From positions 1 to 51,643 of the IMG/VR virus record IMGVR_UViG_3300009124_000023: a stretch of 51,643 nucleotides of DNA. One strand, written 5' to 3'. This stretch comes from a virus. Taxonomy: Duplodnaviria; Caudoviricetes. A program made the translations under genes and the position numbers. Positions within the stretch are counted from its first letter, which is position 1. The number at the start of each line of letters is the position of its first letter. The notes beneath the pieces are model-generated. The model worked only from the letters and a program-made list of their open reading frames with translations, ran no database searches and had not been told where the DNA came from. Shown in pieces: positions 1 through 9,700 of this stretch.

Positions 1-882
1 AATGGTCATGCAAGAATGGCTATTGATAACCTTGCTTTGTCTGGTTCTTTGGTATTTGACATAGATGAATCAGCTTTAGTAGCTGGTCAGAATATGGAAA
101 TCTATCCCGGTAAAATCTTTAGAAGACAAGCTGGGATGCCGGGACAAGCCATTTATGGTTTAAAGTTCCCGAACACTGCACCTGAAAACATGATGATGTT
201 TGATAGGTTTAGACAGTTAGCTGATGAGCAAACAGGCATACCAAGTTACTCGCATGGTCAAACAGGAGTACAAAGTATGACTAGAACTGCTTCCGGCATG
301 TCAATGTTATTAGGAGCAGCAAGTTTAAATATTAAAACAGTTGTTAAGAATCTTGACGACTTTTTATTAAAGCCTTTAGGAGAAGCATACTTCCAATGGA
401 ACATGCAATTCTTTGAAGGTGATTTAGACGTTAAAGGTGATTTAGAAGTTAAAGCAACTGGTACCAATAGCTTAATGCAGAAAGAAGTTAGGTCACAAAG
501 ACTAACTATGTTTTTACAAACTGCACAAAGTCCAGCCATTGCACCATTTGTTAAGATTTCTAAGTTGGTTAGTGAACTTGCCTACAGTCTTGATTTGGAC
601 CCTGATGAAATACTCAATGACCCAGAAGAGGCTGCAATGATGGCACAAATAATAGGTATGCAAAATGTTAGACAAGAAACTGGCGAAGAAGCTCAACCTC
701 TTGGTGAACAACCGGGAGCTATGGGAGGCATTCAAGGAACACCTCAACAACCAACGGAACTTGGACCTACAGGCACTGGTGGTGGCAACATCGGAGTTGG
801 AAATGTACCGGTTGCAGGGGAAGATACGTTTAGTGGGACAGTTGGAGCAGCTGCAGCAGCAGGTGCAGGAAGCCCTGAATAG
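1..882 (+). CDS. Portal protein, C-terminal part (allele A; 5'-truncated by window edge)
   Basis: Near-identical to the C-terminal ~290 aa of 48547..50787 (offset 49905). Confidence 0.9.
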   Translation, partial: NGHARMAIDNLALSGSLVFDIDESALVAGQNMEIYPGKIFRRQAGMPGQAIYGLKFPNTAPENMMMFDRFRQLADEQTGIPSYSHGQTGVQSMTRTASGMSMLLGAASLNIKTVVKNLDDFLLKPLGEAYFQWNMQFFEGDLDVKGDLEVKATGTNSLMQKEVRSQRLTMFLQTAQSPAIAPFVKISKLVSELAYSLDLDPDEILNDPEEAAMMAQIIGMQNVRQETGEEAQPLGEQPGAMGGIQGTPQQPTELGPTGTGGGNIGVGNVPVAGEDTFSGTVGAAAAAGAGSPE

Positions 883-898
883 AAAAGAGGAGAAATAA
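665..898 (+). CDS. Small conserved phage protein overlapping the portal 3' end in another frame
   Basis: YRLQGKI-type helical protein; allele differences in the overlap are synonymous in this frame but change the portal. Confidence 0.8.
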   Translation: MLDKKLAKKLNLLVNNRELWEAFKEHLNNQRNLDLQALVVATSELEMYRLQGKIRLVGQLEQLQQQVQEALNRKEEK

Positions 899-899
899 A

Positions 900-1880
900 A
901 TGGCACTACTAGGAGACCAAAGAGAAATAGATGCAAATAAAGATGGCGAAATAACTGCCAAAGACTTTGAAATGTTAAGAGAACAAAGAATGAGTGGTGG
1001 TCTACTAGATGATGACATGGATAGACTTGCTTTAGCTGAAGGCAATAAAGATGATGGTAATTTACGAGCCATGCTTATGCAGCAAAAAGCTATGCAGATG
1101 ATGCAAAAAAGTCCGTTAGATGATGTTGCTTATGACCAAATGATAATGGATATAGAAGAAAATCCAAATATATCTGGGTTTAGAAAAGCTCAAAGTGGTT
1201 TTGATATGTTTATTCAAGACCAAGAATCTAAAGATATGTTTTTAAATTTACTAAAAAATAGAGACGAAATATTAGAAAGAGAACAAAAAGCTGATGGTGG
1301 CGAAATGGATGAAATGGAAGGTTTGCCATTTGCTCCAGAATATGAAATGGAAGAAGAAAAGGAAATGCTACCTGACGAAGAAATGGAACAAAACTTTATA
1401 GACTTTATAGTGGACGAAGCATTGTCCGAAGAAGAAGAGTCTATGTTAATGGAACAACTAGAAGCTAATCCTGAGTTGAGCATGGTGTTTGACAAAGTGA
1501 TTGAAAAAGCTTCCGAGTTTACTGGAGCCGGTCCTGTTGATGGTCCGGGGACAGGCACTTCAGATGATATACCTGCTAGGTTATCAGATGGAGAATTTGT
1601 CTTTACTGCCAAAGCAGTTGAGCAGATTGGTGCAGACAACCTCATGCAAATGATGAAGGATGCCGAAGCTGCTTACGATGCTGGTGGTGAAAGAGAAGCT
1701 ATGCAAGAGGGTGGTGAAGCCCAATTAGAGGAAGATGATAAGAAAGTTGAAGTCGAATACTCTGTTAAAAGACCAATGACAGCTGAGCAATCACTGTTAG
1801 GTCAAATGCAACCAGAGTCCGAGACGGATGTTGAAATCAAGAAATCTATGATGTCACCATTCGGACATGTGCGTAGTTAA
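900..1880 (+). CDS. Acidic head-associated protein: EF-hand-like loop, R-x5-GG modules and GPGTGTSDDIPARLSDGEFVF domain (candidate maturation factor/protease)
   Basis: RBS GAGGAG; lies between portal and scaffold; DANKDGEITAKDF loop; motif resembles tape-measure C-terminal domains. Confidence 0.75.
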   Translation: MALLGDQREIDANKDGEITAKDFEMLREQRMSGGLLDDDMDRLALAEGNKDDGNLRAMLMQQKAMQMMQKSPLDDVAYDQMIMDIEENPNISGFRKAQSGFDMFIQDQESKDMFLNLLKNRDEILEREQKADGGEMDEMEGLPFAPEYEMEEEKEMLPDEEMEQNFIDFIVDEALSEEEESMLMEQLEANPELSMVFDKVIEKASEFTGAGPVDGPGTGTSDDIPARLSDGEFVFTAKAVEQIGADNLMQMMKDAEAAYDAGGEREAMQEGGEAQLEEDDKKVEVEYSVKRPMTAEQSLLGQMQPESETDVEIKKSMMSPFGHVRS

Positions 1881-1971
1881 AGATTAACCGAAAGGCGACC
1901 TTTGCAAGACAAGCCCTGCCCGTACAGCAGCTACCTTGTAATATTTGTTAAGCCCTGAATAGGAGAAAAAG

Positions 1972-2832
1972 ATGGCTAAAGAAGAAAAGGCTAACCCGTA
2001 TAATGCGGATAAAAGTTGGCACAAAGTAGAGCAGAAAGTTTTTGTTGATTCAAACAACTTATTCTTTCCAGACCCCGAAGAAGAAACTGAAGAAGTAGAA
2101 GCAGAGGGGGTAAATGAAGAACAGGAAGTCAAAGAGACAAAATCTGATGATAAACCCTACAAGCGACCCGACTATAAAAAACGTTATGATGACTTAAAAA
2201 GACATTATGATAGTAAGCTCAATGAGTTTAAACAGAGAGAGCAAGAGTTATTAGACCAAGCTCGTGAAGGACAACCAAAATATACTCCTCCAAAATCTGA
2301 AGAAGAACTTGCTGAGTTTAAACAAAAATATCCTGATGTCTACGATGTAGTGGAAACTGTTGCATCTATGCAAAGCGAAAGCCGAGCAAAGACTCTAGAA
2401 GAGAAGGTTAAACTTCTACAAGAAAGAGAGCAAGAGTTAGTAAGACTAGATGCTGAGAAAGAACTCAAATCAAGGCATCCTGATTTTGATGATATCAGAA
2501 ACAGTGATGATTTCCATGATTGGGCAAAAGCTCAACCTGAGTCAATTCAAGGCTGGATTTACAGCAATGCAAATGACCCAGAAGCAGCAAGTCGAGCATT
2601 AGATTTATTTAAGTCTGACATGGGAGTAAGTAGCCCTAAGAAAAAGTCATCGGCAGGTTCTAAATCCAAAGCTTCAGCGGCTGACATGGTTTCTGCAAAG
2701 ACAACCAACGTTGAGCCAAAACAAGCTAAAGTTTGGACCGAAAAGGAGATTCTAGCTTTATCTCCAGCTGAGTTTGATAGACTTGAAAAAGAAATCGACA
2801 AGGCTTGGGAAGAAGGTAGAATCAGTAGATAA
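1972..2832 (+). CDS. Capsid scaffolding protein
   Basis: Acidic coiled coil, DYKKRYDDLKRHYD motif, C-terminal EGRI; immediately upstream of the capsid gene. Confidence 0.8.
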   Translation: MAKEEKANPYNADKSWHKVEQKVFVDSNNLFFPDPEEETEEVEAEGVNEEQEVKETKSDDKPYKRPDYKKRYDDLKRHYDSKLNEFKQREQELLDQAREGQPKYTPPKSEEELAEFKQKYPDVYDVVETVASMQSESRAKTLEEKVKLLQEREQELVRLDAEKELKSRHPDFDDIRNSDDFHDWAKAQPESIQGWIYSNANDPEAASRALDLFKSDMGVSSPKKKSSAGSKSKASAADMVSAKTTNVEPKQAKVWTEKEILALSPAEFDRLEKEIDKAWEEGRISR

Positions 2833-2860
2833 ACTTTTATATTAACCCAAGGAGTAAAAA

Positions 2861-3832
2861 ATGGCACAGTATTTTGAACCAACCCCAGATACAAATGCAA
2901 ACTTTGGTAACTCCGTAGCCGGTCAAAATAATAGTTTCTTCCTGCCTTCCATATATTCTGCTAAAGTTTTAAACTTTTTCAGAAAGGCATCAGTGGTAGA
3001 AGCTATTACAAATACTGACTACTCCGGAGAAATCAGCAATTATGGTGATTCTGTTAAAATTATCAAAGAGCCAGTAATCTCAGTGTATGACTACACAAGA
3101 GGTTCTGACACAACCGAAACCAAGCTAACCGACCAAGAGCTAACACTCGTAGTCGATTCAGCAAAAGCTTTCAAATTCATCGTAGATGATATTGAGAGAG
3201 ATATGTCTCACGTCAACTTTAAAGAAGTTGCAACATCTTCAGCAGCTTATGCTCTAAGAGATTCATTCGATAGCTCAGTTATTGAATCAATGTTCTCAGG
3301 TGTCGCTTCTTCTTCACCAGACCATGTACTAGGTGCAGACTCAGCAACAAAATTAGCTGCTGACGTTTACGATGGTGCAGGTTCTATTGACCTAGGTGCT
3401 GATAGTGAAACAGACCCATTAAACGTACTTGCAAGAATGGCAAGACTATTAGATGATGCAAACGTTCCTGAAGAAGGTAGATGGTTTGTAGCTTCACCAG
3501 AATTTTATGAGCAACTGTCTCAGTCTGGTTCTAAGCTTCTTTCTGTTGACTTCAACGCAGGACAAGGCTCAATCAGAAATGGTCTAGTATCTAGCGGTAA
3601 GTTAAGAGGTTTCAACATGTACAAATCTAATAACATTGCAGCTGTTTCAAGTGCTACAGGAAAATGTCTAGCTGGACATATTTCTTCAACAGCAACAGCT
3701 CAAACAATCATCTCAACTGAAGTCCTAAGAGACCCAAGTTCATTCGGTGATATTGTTAGAGGCTTACATGTATATGGAGCAAAAGTATTGAGAGATGATG
3801 CATTAGTATCAGCTTTCTACACTATTGACTAA
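2861..3832 (+). CDS. Major capsid protein
   Basis: 323 aa; FLPSIYSAKVL, GDSVKI, FKFIVDDIE, VPEEGRWFV and FGDIVRGLHVYGAKVLR podovirus coat motifs; followed by a terminator. Confidence 0.9.
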   Translation: MAQYFEPTPDTNANFGNSVAGQNNSFFLPSIYSAKVLNFFRKASVVEAITNTDYSGEISNYGDSVKIIKEPVISVYDYTRGSDTTETKLTDQELTLVVDSAKAFKFIVDDIERDMSHVNFKEVATSSAAYALRDSFDSSVIESMFSGVASSSPDHVLGADSATKLAADVYDGAGSIDLGADSETDPLNVLARMARLLDDANVPEEGRWFVASPEFYEQLSQSGSKLLSVDFNAGQGSIRNGLVSSGKLRGFNMYKSNNIAAVSSATGKCLAGHISSTATAQTIISTEVLRDPSSFGDIVRGLHVYGAKVLRDDALVSAFYTID

Positions 3833-3842
3833 TTATAGTCAC

Positions 3843-3870
3843 GGGGGAGTCTTCGGACTCCTCCATTTTT
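3843..3870 (+). terminator. Intrinsic terminator after the capsid gene
   Basis: GGGGGAGTC-TTCG-GACTCCTCC stem with cUUCGg loop, then ATTTTT. Confidence 0.85.
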
Positions 3871-3885
3871 ACAAGGAGAAATAAA

Positions 3886-4176
3886 ATGCAAAAAAGAAAA
3901 CCTTATAGGATGGGTGGAAACATGGGAGTTCCTGTAGGTAAAGGTTCTGGTATCGGTGTAATCCGTGAAAGAAAAAGACCTGCAAAACCACAAGCAAAAA
4001 GAAACCAAGAAGGTATGTATGGATTTAGTAAAGGTGGACGTGTTGAAAAAGTTGATGGTATCATGGATGGCAATAAAGCAGCTAGACGTGAAATGAAAAA
4101 AGGCGGCAAAATGAGATATGGTTATCAGGATGGCGGTCTTGTTGAAAAATCAATGAAAAAGGCTATGCCTTGCTAA
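3886..4176 (+). CDS. Small basic protein with four (R)-x5-GG motifs
   Basis: RBS AAGGAG; RKPYRMGG, MYGFSKGG, RREMKKGG, RYGYQDGG. Confidence 0.8.
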   Translation: MQKRKPYRMGGNMGVPVGKGSGIGVIRERKRPAKPQAKRNQEGMYGFSKGGRVEKVDGIMDGNKAARREMKKGGKMRYGYQDGGLVEKSMKKAMPC

Positions 4177-4177
4177 C

Positions 4178-4324
4178 ATGAAAGTACCAGCACCTAAAGG
4201 ATATCATTGGATGAAAAGCGGTAAAAGCTTTAAACTAATGAAAGACCCTGTTGGCGGTTATAAGCCACATAAAGGAGCCAGTAAATCAGCAAACTTTGAA
4301 ATACAAAAAATACATAAGAAATAA
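4178..4324 (+). CDS. Small basic phage protein (48 aa, MKVPAPKGYHWMK...), not in ORF track
   Basis: Hand translation; fills the gap and its TAA overlaps the next ATG (TAATG). Confidence 0.75.
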   Translation: MKVPAPKGYHWMKSGKSFKLMKDPVGGYKPHKGASKSANFEIQKIHKK

Positions 4325-5091
4325 TGGCAACAACATATTTAGATATAACTAACGAGGTTCTAAGAGAACTAAACGAAGTACCACTAACTGCAGCAAACTT
4401 TGCAAGTGCGATAGGACTACAAAAGTTTGTTAAAGATTCAGTCAACAAAGCATTGTTTGACGTAGCTAACGAAGAACCTCAGTTGCCTTTTTTCTCAGCA
4501 GGATTAAGTGGTAGTACAGACCCTTTTTATGGGAATGTTACAGTAGAAACAGTAGCAGGTACCAGATGGTATTTGTTAAAGTCAGGTAGTTCCAGTATTA
4601 CAACAGACTATGCATCAATAGATTGGGACGACTTTTATCTGACAACAATTAATGTCTCAGGTGAATCAGCACCTTACGTCTCACAAGGTTTAAAATATTT
4701 AGACCATGCAGACTGGGCTAGATACTACAGAGACCAAGAAAATGAAGACGATGCAAACGGACAAAAATATGGTGAACCAAAATATGTTATACAATCACCA
4801 GATGCTAGGAAATTTGGTCTAAGTCCTATACCAGACAAAGTTTATAATGTGCATTTTTATGCCTTTGACAGACCAACAGCTTTATCAGCTTATGACGATA
4901 CAATAGTTTTACCAGAACAATACAGTAATGTCATTACATCGAGAACTAGATATTATGTTTGGCAATTTAAAGAATCTCCACAACAAGCAGCATTTGCTTT
5001 AGAGGACTTTAAAAAAGCTATGAAATACATGAAGTCAAACTTAATCAATCAAGCTCCGTCAAGAATGACAGACGACAGAACTTATTTTTAA
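4324..5091 (+). CDS. Head-tail adaptor / tail tubular protein A-like
   Basis: TYLDITNEVLRELNE N-terminus, GEPKY...PIPDK motif; position after capsid. Confidence 0.75.
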   Translation: MATTYLDITNEVLRELNEVPLTAANFASAIGLQKFVKDSVNKALFDVANEEPQLPFFSAGLSGSTDPFYGNVTVETVAGTRWYLLKSGSSSITTDYASIDWDDFYLTTINVSGESAPYVSQGLKYLDHADWARYYRDQENEDDANGQKYGEPKYVIQSPDARKFGLSPIPDKVYNVHFYAFDRPTALSAYDDTIVLPEQYSNVITSRTRYYVWQFKESPQQAAFALEDFKKAMKYMKSNLINQAPSRMTDDRTYF

Positions 5092-5094
5092 TTT

Positions 5095-6702
5095 ATGGCA
5101 CGTTCACAACCTTATACAGTAGCTTGTAGTGGTGGTTTAGTTAAGTCAGCTAACTCTATAGACTTATTAAGAACTCCCGGTGCAGCCACAGTTTTACAAA
5201 ACTTTGAAGTGGCTATTGAGGGTGGCTACAGAAGAATAAATGGTTTTGCTAAGTTTGGTGGTGCTAGTGCGACACAACCAACAGGAGGAACTACTGAAAT
5301 ATTTGGTGTTAGACCTTATGCCGATGGAGTCATAGTTGTAGCAGGTAATGCGTTATATTTTAGTCAAGACGGCATTACATGGTTACAGATAAATAAATTG
5401 TCTGCTGGTGGTGGAGATAATTATGCTACTTTTACTGGTAAATCAGCTTCGGTAAGAACAGGACAAGAACAAGCAACTTTTGCTTTATTTGAAAGTTCTG
5501 GTATGGATTATGGTGAAATATTTATTGCTGATAATTCTACTGCAGATATTTTTTCATTTAGAATGGAAGGTACTGGAGATTTAACAACCAGAACATTTTT
5601 TGCTAAAGAAATACAACCTAACGGAGCCAATACTCCAGTAAAATTTATTACATCGCATGACCACCACCTAATAGCATCAGGTGTTGAAGATGAGGAAACT
5701 ACTGTTTATTACAGTGTTTATAATGACCCTAATAATTTTACAGGAGTTGGAGCAGGAAGTGTAACAATATCCGATACTATTGTTGGTATTAGAGGTTTCC
5801 GTGAAGACTTAATTGTTTTTTGTGAAAACAGTTTACATAAATTAATTAATATAAACGATGCAGCAAATATACAAATTGACCCTATTGCTGAGAACGTAGG
5901 ATGTTTAAGTGGCTATAGCATACAAGAGATTGGTGGTGACTTAGTATTCTTAGCACCAGATGGCATTAGAACAGTGGCTGGTACTGCAAGAATTGGTGAC
6001 GTTGAGTTAGGTACAGTATCAAAACAGATACAACCTATTATTAATGACTTAGCAAGAAACGTTAATGACTATGTTATTAGTAGCATGGTACATAGAGACA
6101 AGTCACAATATAGATTATTTTATACCAATAGAGGTTTTGTTGAAGCAGACCAAAAAGGTATTATAGGAACATTAAGACCAGATGGCTTTCAATGGTCTGA
6201 AATCAAAGGTATAGAAGTTACAAGTATTGGTACAGCCTTTAATGAGGTAGGAATTGAAGAACATTATCATGGTTCACAAACAGGTTACATATATGAGCAT
6301 GATATTGGTGATGATTTTGATGGTGCTAATGTAGATGCTAGATATCAAACACCTGATTACGATTATGGTGATTTTGGTACTTTAAAAACATTACATTACA
6401 TTAAAATGTCCATTGGACCAGAAAATGAAGTCCAGCCAACCTTAAGAGTTAGGTTTGATTACGATAGTAATGAAACACCACAACCTAGTGATATTGTTTT
6501 GGATTCTGTTCCAGCACCAGCTAAATTTGGTACAGCTATATTTGGCACAGCTAAATTTGGTGCAGCTGAACAGCCTCTAGTAAGAATACCATTAGTCGGC
6601 AGTGGTTATAGTAATAGTTTTAGGGTTCTTAGTGAAGACACAAATGCACCTTATATTATAAACGGATTTTATGTAGATTATATACCTTCGGGTAGGAGAT
6701 AA
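5095..6702 (+). CDS. Tail nozzle / tail tubular protein B (stabilisation protein)-like
   Basis: Beta-rich; GGYRRINGF, GCLS...IQEIGGDLVFLAPDGIR motifs; position. Confidence 0.75.
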   Translation: MARSQPYTVACSGGLVKSANSIDLLRTPGAATVLQNFEVAIEGGYRRINGFAKFGGASATQPTGGTTEIFGVRPYADGVIVVAGNALYFSQDGITWLQINKLSAGGGDNYATFTGKSASVRTGQEQATFALFESSGMDYGEIFIADNSTADIFSFRMEGTGDLTTRTFFAKEIQPNGANTPVKFITSHDHHLIASGVEDEETTVYYSVYNDPNNFTGVGAGSVTISDTIVGIRGFREDLIVFCENSLHKLININDAANIQIDPIAENVGCLSGYSIQEIGGDLVFLAPDGIRTVAGTARIGDVELGTVSKQIQPIINDLARNVNDYVISSMVHRDKSQYRLFYTNRGFVEADQKGIIGTLRPDGFQWSEIKGIEVTSIGTAFNEVGIEEHYHGSQTGYIYEHDIGDDFDGANVDARYQTPDYDYGDFGTLKTLHYIKMSIGPENEVQPTLRVRFDYDSNETPQPSDIVLDSVPAPAKFGTAIFGTAKFGAAEQPLVRIPLVGSGYSNSFRVLSEDTNAPYIINGFYVDYIPSGRR

Positions 6703-6707
6703 AAATT

Positions 6708-9700
6708 ATGGCAGGTTATACACGACAAAGTACATTCGCAGATGGCGATACCATCACAGCTGCGTTATTTAATAACGAATACAATCAATTAGTAAATGCA
6801 TTTAGCAATACTTCAGGACACGCACACGATGGCACAGCAGGTGAAGGTCCTGTTATAGGACTAATAGGTGATGCTGGAGAAACTACACCTTTAAACAAAG
6901 TTTTAATAGATACTGTAAATAATTACATAGAGTTTTATGTTGATGTTTCTTCCTCATCAGTACAACAACTTTATATAGCCGATGGTGCTATTGTTCCTGT
7001 CACAGATAATGACATCGACTTAGGAACTTCTTCTTTAGAATTTAAAGACTTATATATTGATGGTACTGCCAACCTCGATAGCTTAGTTCTAGGTAGTGGC
7101 TCAACAGTTACTGCTATTTTAGATGAAGACGATTTAAGTTCTGACAGTGCAACTTCATTAGCAACACAACAGTCTATTAAAGCTTATGTTGATGCTCAAG
7201 TAACAGCACAAGACTTAGACTTCCAAGGGGACTCAGGTGGTGCTTTAAGTATTGACCTCGACAGCGAATCATTGACTATCGCTGGTGGGACAGGTATCGA
7301 CACGTCAGGAGCTACCAATACTTTAACAGTAGCTATCGATTCAACTGTCGCAACACTGACAGGCTCACAAACACTAACAAACAAAACCATAGATGTTGAT
7401 AACAACACAGTATCTAATATTGAAGTAGACAATTTCAAAGCCTCAGCCATCGTTTTAGAGTCAGAAGGTATTGGTTCTAATGACAATGATACAACTTTAC
7501 CAACTTCAGCAGCAGTTAAAGATTACGTTGATACTCAACTAACTGCCGAAGACCTAGACTTTCAAGGTGATACAGGTGGAGCATTATCAATAGACTTAGA
7601 TAGCGAAACTTTAACTATTGCAGGTGGTACTGGTATCGACACTTCTGGTGCAACCAATACACTAACAGTAGCTATTGATAGTACAGTTGCAACATTAACA
7701 GGAACACAAACATTAACCAATAAAACTATAGATGCCGCTTCAAATACTTTATCTAATATTGCCAATAGTTCGCTTACAAATTCGTCAGTGTCTTATGGCG
7801 GTGTTAGTGTATCTCTTGGAGGGTCAGATGCTACTCCGGCTTTTGACTTATCTGATGCGACAGCTTACCCGGGTGACTCAAGCCTTGTCACAGTTGGTGC
7901 TTTAAACTCTGGTAGTATTACTTCAGGGTTCGGAGCTATTGACAATGGTTCGTCAGCTATTACCACAACAGGAACAATTACTTATGGTTCATTATCAGAT
8001 GGAGTAATAACCATTACAGCCTTTGCTGATGAAGACGACATGGTTTCAAACTCAGCAACCTTAGTCCCAACTCAACAATCCGTTAAAGCTTATGTCGATG
8101 CTCAAATCACAGCAGAAGACTTAGATGTCTCTGATGGAACTGCAAGTATTGCTATTGACCTTGACAGTGAAACGCTAGGTATCTTAGGTGGTACTGGTTT
8201 GACTTCAAGTGCTTCTGGTAACAATGTAACTTTATCAGTCGATGCATCTCAGACACAAATTACCTCAGTCGGCACACTAGCAGACCTAACAGTTTCAGGT
8301 GATTTAACAGTAGATACAAATACTTTTTATGTTGATTCTACTAACAATAGAATTGGAATTGGTACTACAAGCCCAAATGCTTCTTCTGTTCATGTTGATG
8401 GTGGCGGACAAAATTCAGCACTATTTTTATATTCAAATGATACCGACACCTTTATAACAATAAGTGATGACGATGGTGCAGCAGAAATAAGAACCAAAGA
8501 TGGTGGAGCATTACAGTTTTCAACAGGTGGCACAACAAACACATTAGCAGACTCAACAACAGCTATGTATATAAATAGCTCACAAAATGTTGGTATTGGT
8601 ACTACAAGTCCTAACCAATTATTGCATTTAGAAAACTCAACTTTAGCTGCCGATGATGCCAGAATAAGAGTTGTATCTGGTACATCTGGAGAAGCATCTA
8701 TAATATTTGGTGATTCAGACTACGGTTCAAGAGGAAGATTTGTTTATGACAATGCTACTGATTCATTGCAATTTTGGGGTGCAGATAGCACAACTTCAGC
8801 AGAAAGAATGCGTATTGATTCTTCAGGCAACGTAGGTATCGGTGGCGATACTACAACAGCAACTTCATTAAATAATCTATCTATTGGTGCATATGCTGAC
8901 GCTTCTTCAGGAATTGTTTTAAGAGGTACAACAGCTTCAGCACTTAATTTTGAAGATAATTCATCTGTTACAGCTGCAAGAGTTTATTACAACCATGCTA
9001 GTGGATATATGGCTTTCAATACTGAACAAACTGAAAGACTCAGAATTGACAGTTCAGGTCGTGTTGCTATCGGAAGAACACCTCAATCAAATAGAAATCT
9101 TGAAGTATTTAAGTCAGACTCAGGAAATGATGTTAGGGGAGAAATACAAAATGGTAGCAATACTACTGGCTCTAATGCTGTTATTGGTACATTAGTTGCA
9201 GGAAGTTCTGGTGGCGACCCTTTTACTTCATATACAGTATCAGGAGTAACAAGTTGGTCAGAAGGTATAGACAATTCAGATTCTGATAAATTTAAAATAT
9301 CCAACAATTTTGGACCCGGCACTAACGATTATTTAACTATCGACACTTCAGGCAACGTGGGTATCGGAGAAACTGTGCCTTCAAATTATGGAAAATTTGT
9401 TGTCGCTGCTGCAGGAATTGGTAATCACATTAATTCAACTTCTGGTGCTGGTGGTATTAATTTTTATGAAGGTGGTTCTGGTAGATTTAGTCTAAGAACC
9501 CTTAATGGTTCTGCTGGTTTAGCATTTTATGACACCTTTAATGCGGCAGAACGCATGAGAATAGATTCTTCAGGCAACGTAGGTATCGGTACAACAAGTC
9601 CAGCATTTCAAAACGCTAATGCAGGATTGCATATTGTAGATGCAACTGCTCCCGGTATTAGATTACAAGATTCAAACGCAGTTAATTCAGATTTTGAAAT

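Larger units (their letters stand above)
1..1437 (+). repeat. Terminal redundancy with 49906..51643 (imperfect: two alleles)
   Basis: 1..~890 matches 49906..~50795 with mostly synonymous SNPs; 1361..1437 is identical to 51567..51643; the intervening sequence differs. Confidence 0.95.

Noticed and set aside
900-1880. Tape measure protein / long-tailed morphology
   Set aside because: Only the short C-terminal-type motif is shared; tail genes are podovirus-like, with no major tail or sheath gene.
258-2900. Antisense ORFs 258..539, 514..936, 830..1072, 1214..1645, 1884..2132, 2559..2900 and similar shadows elsewhere
   Set aside because: Opposite-strand or alternate-frame shadows of well-supported genes, Ser/Leu-rich, with no RBS.
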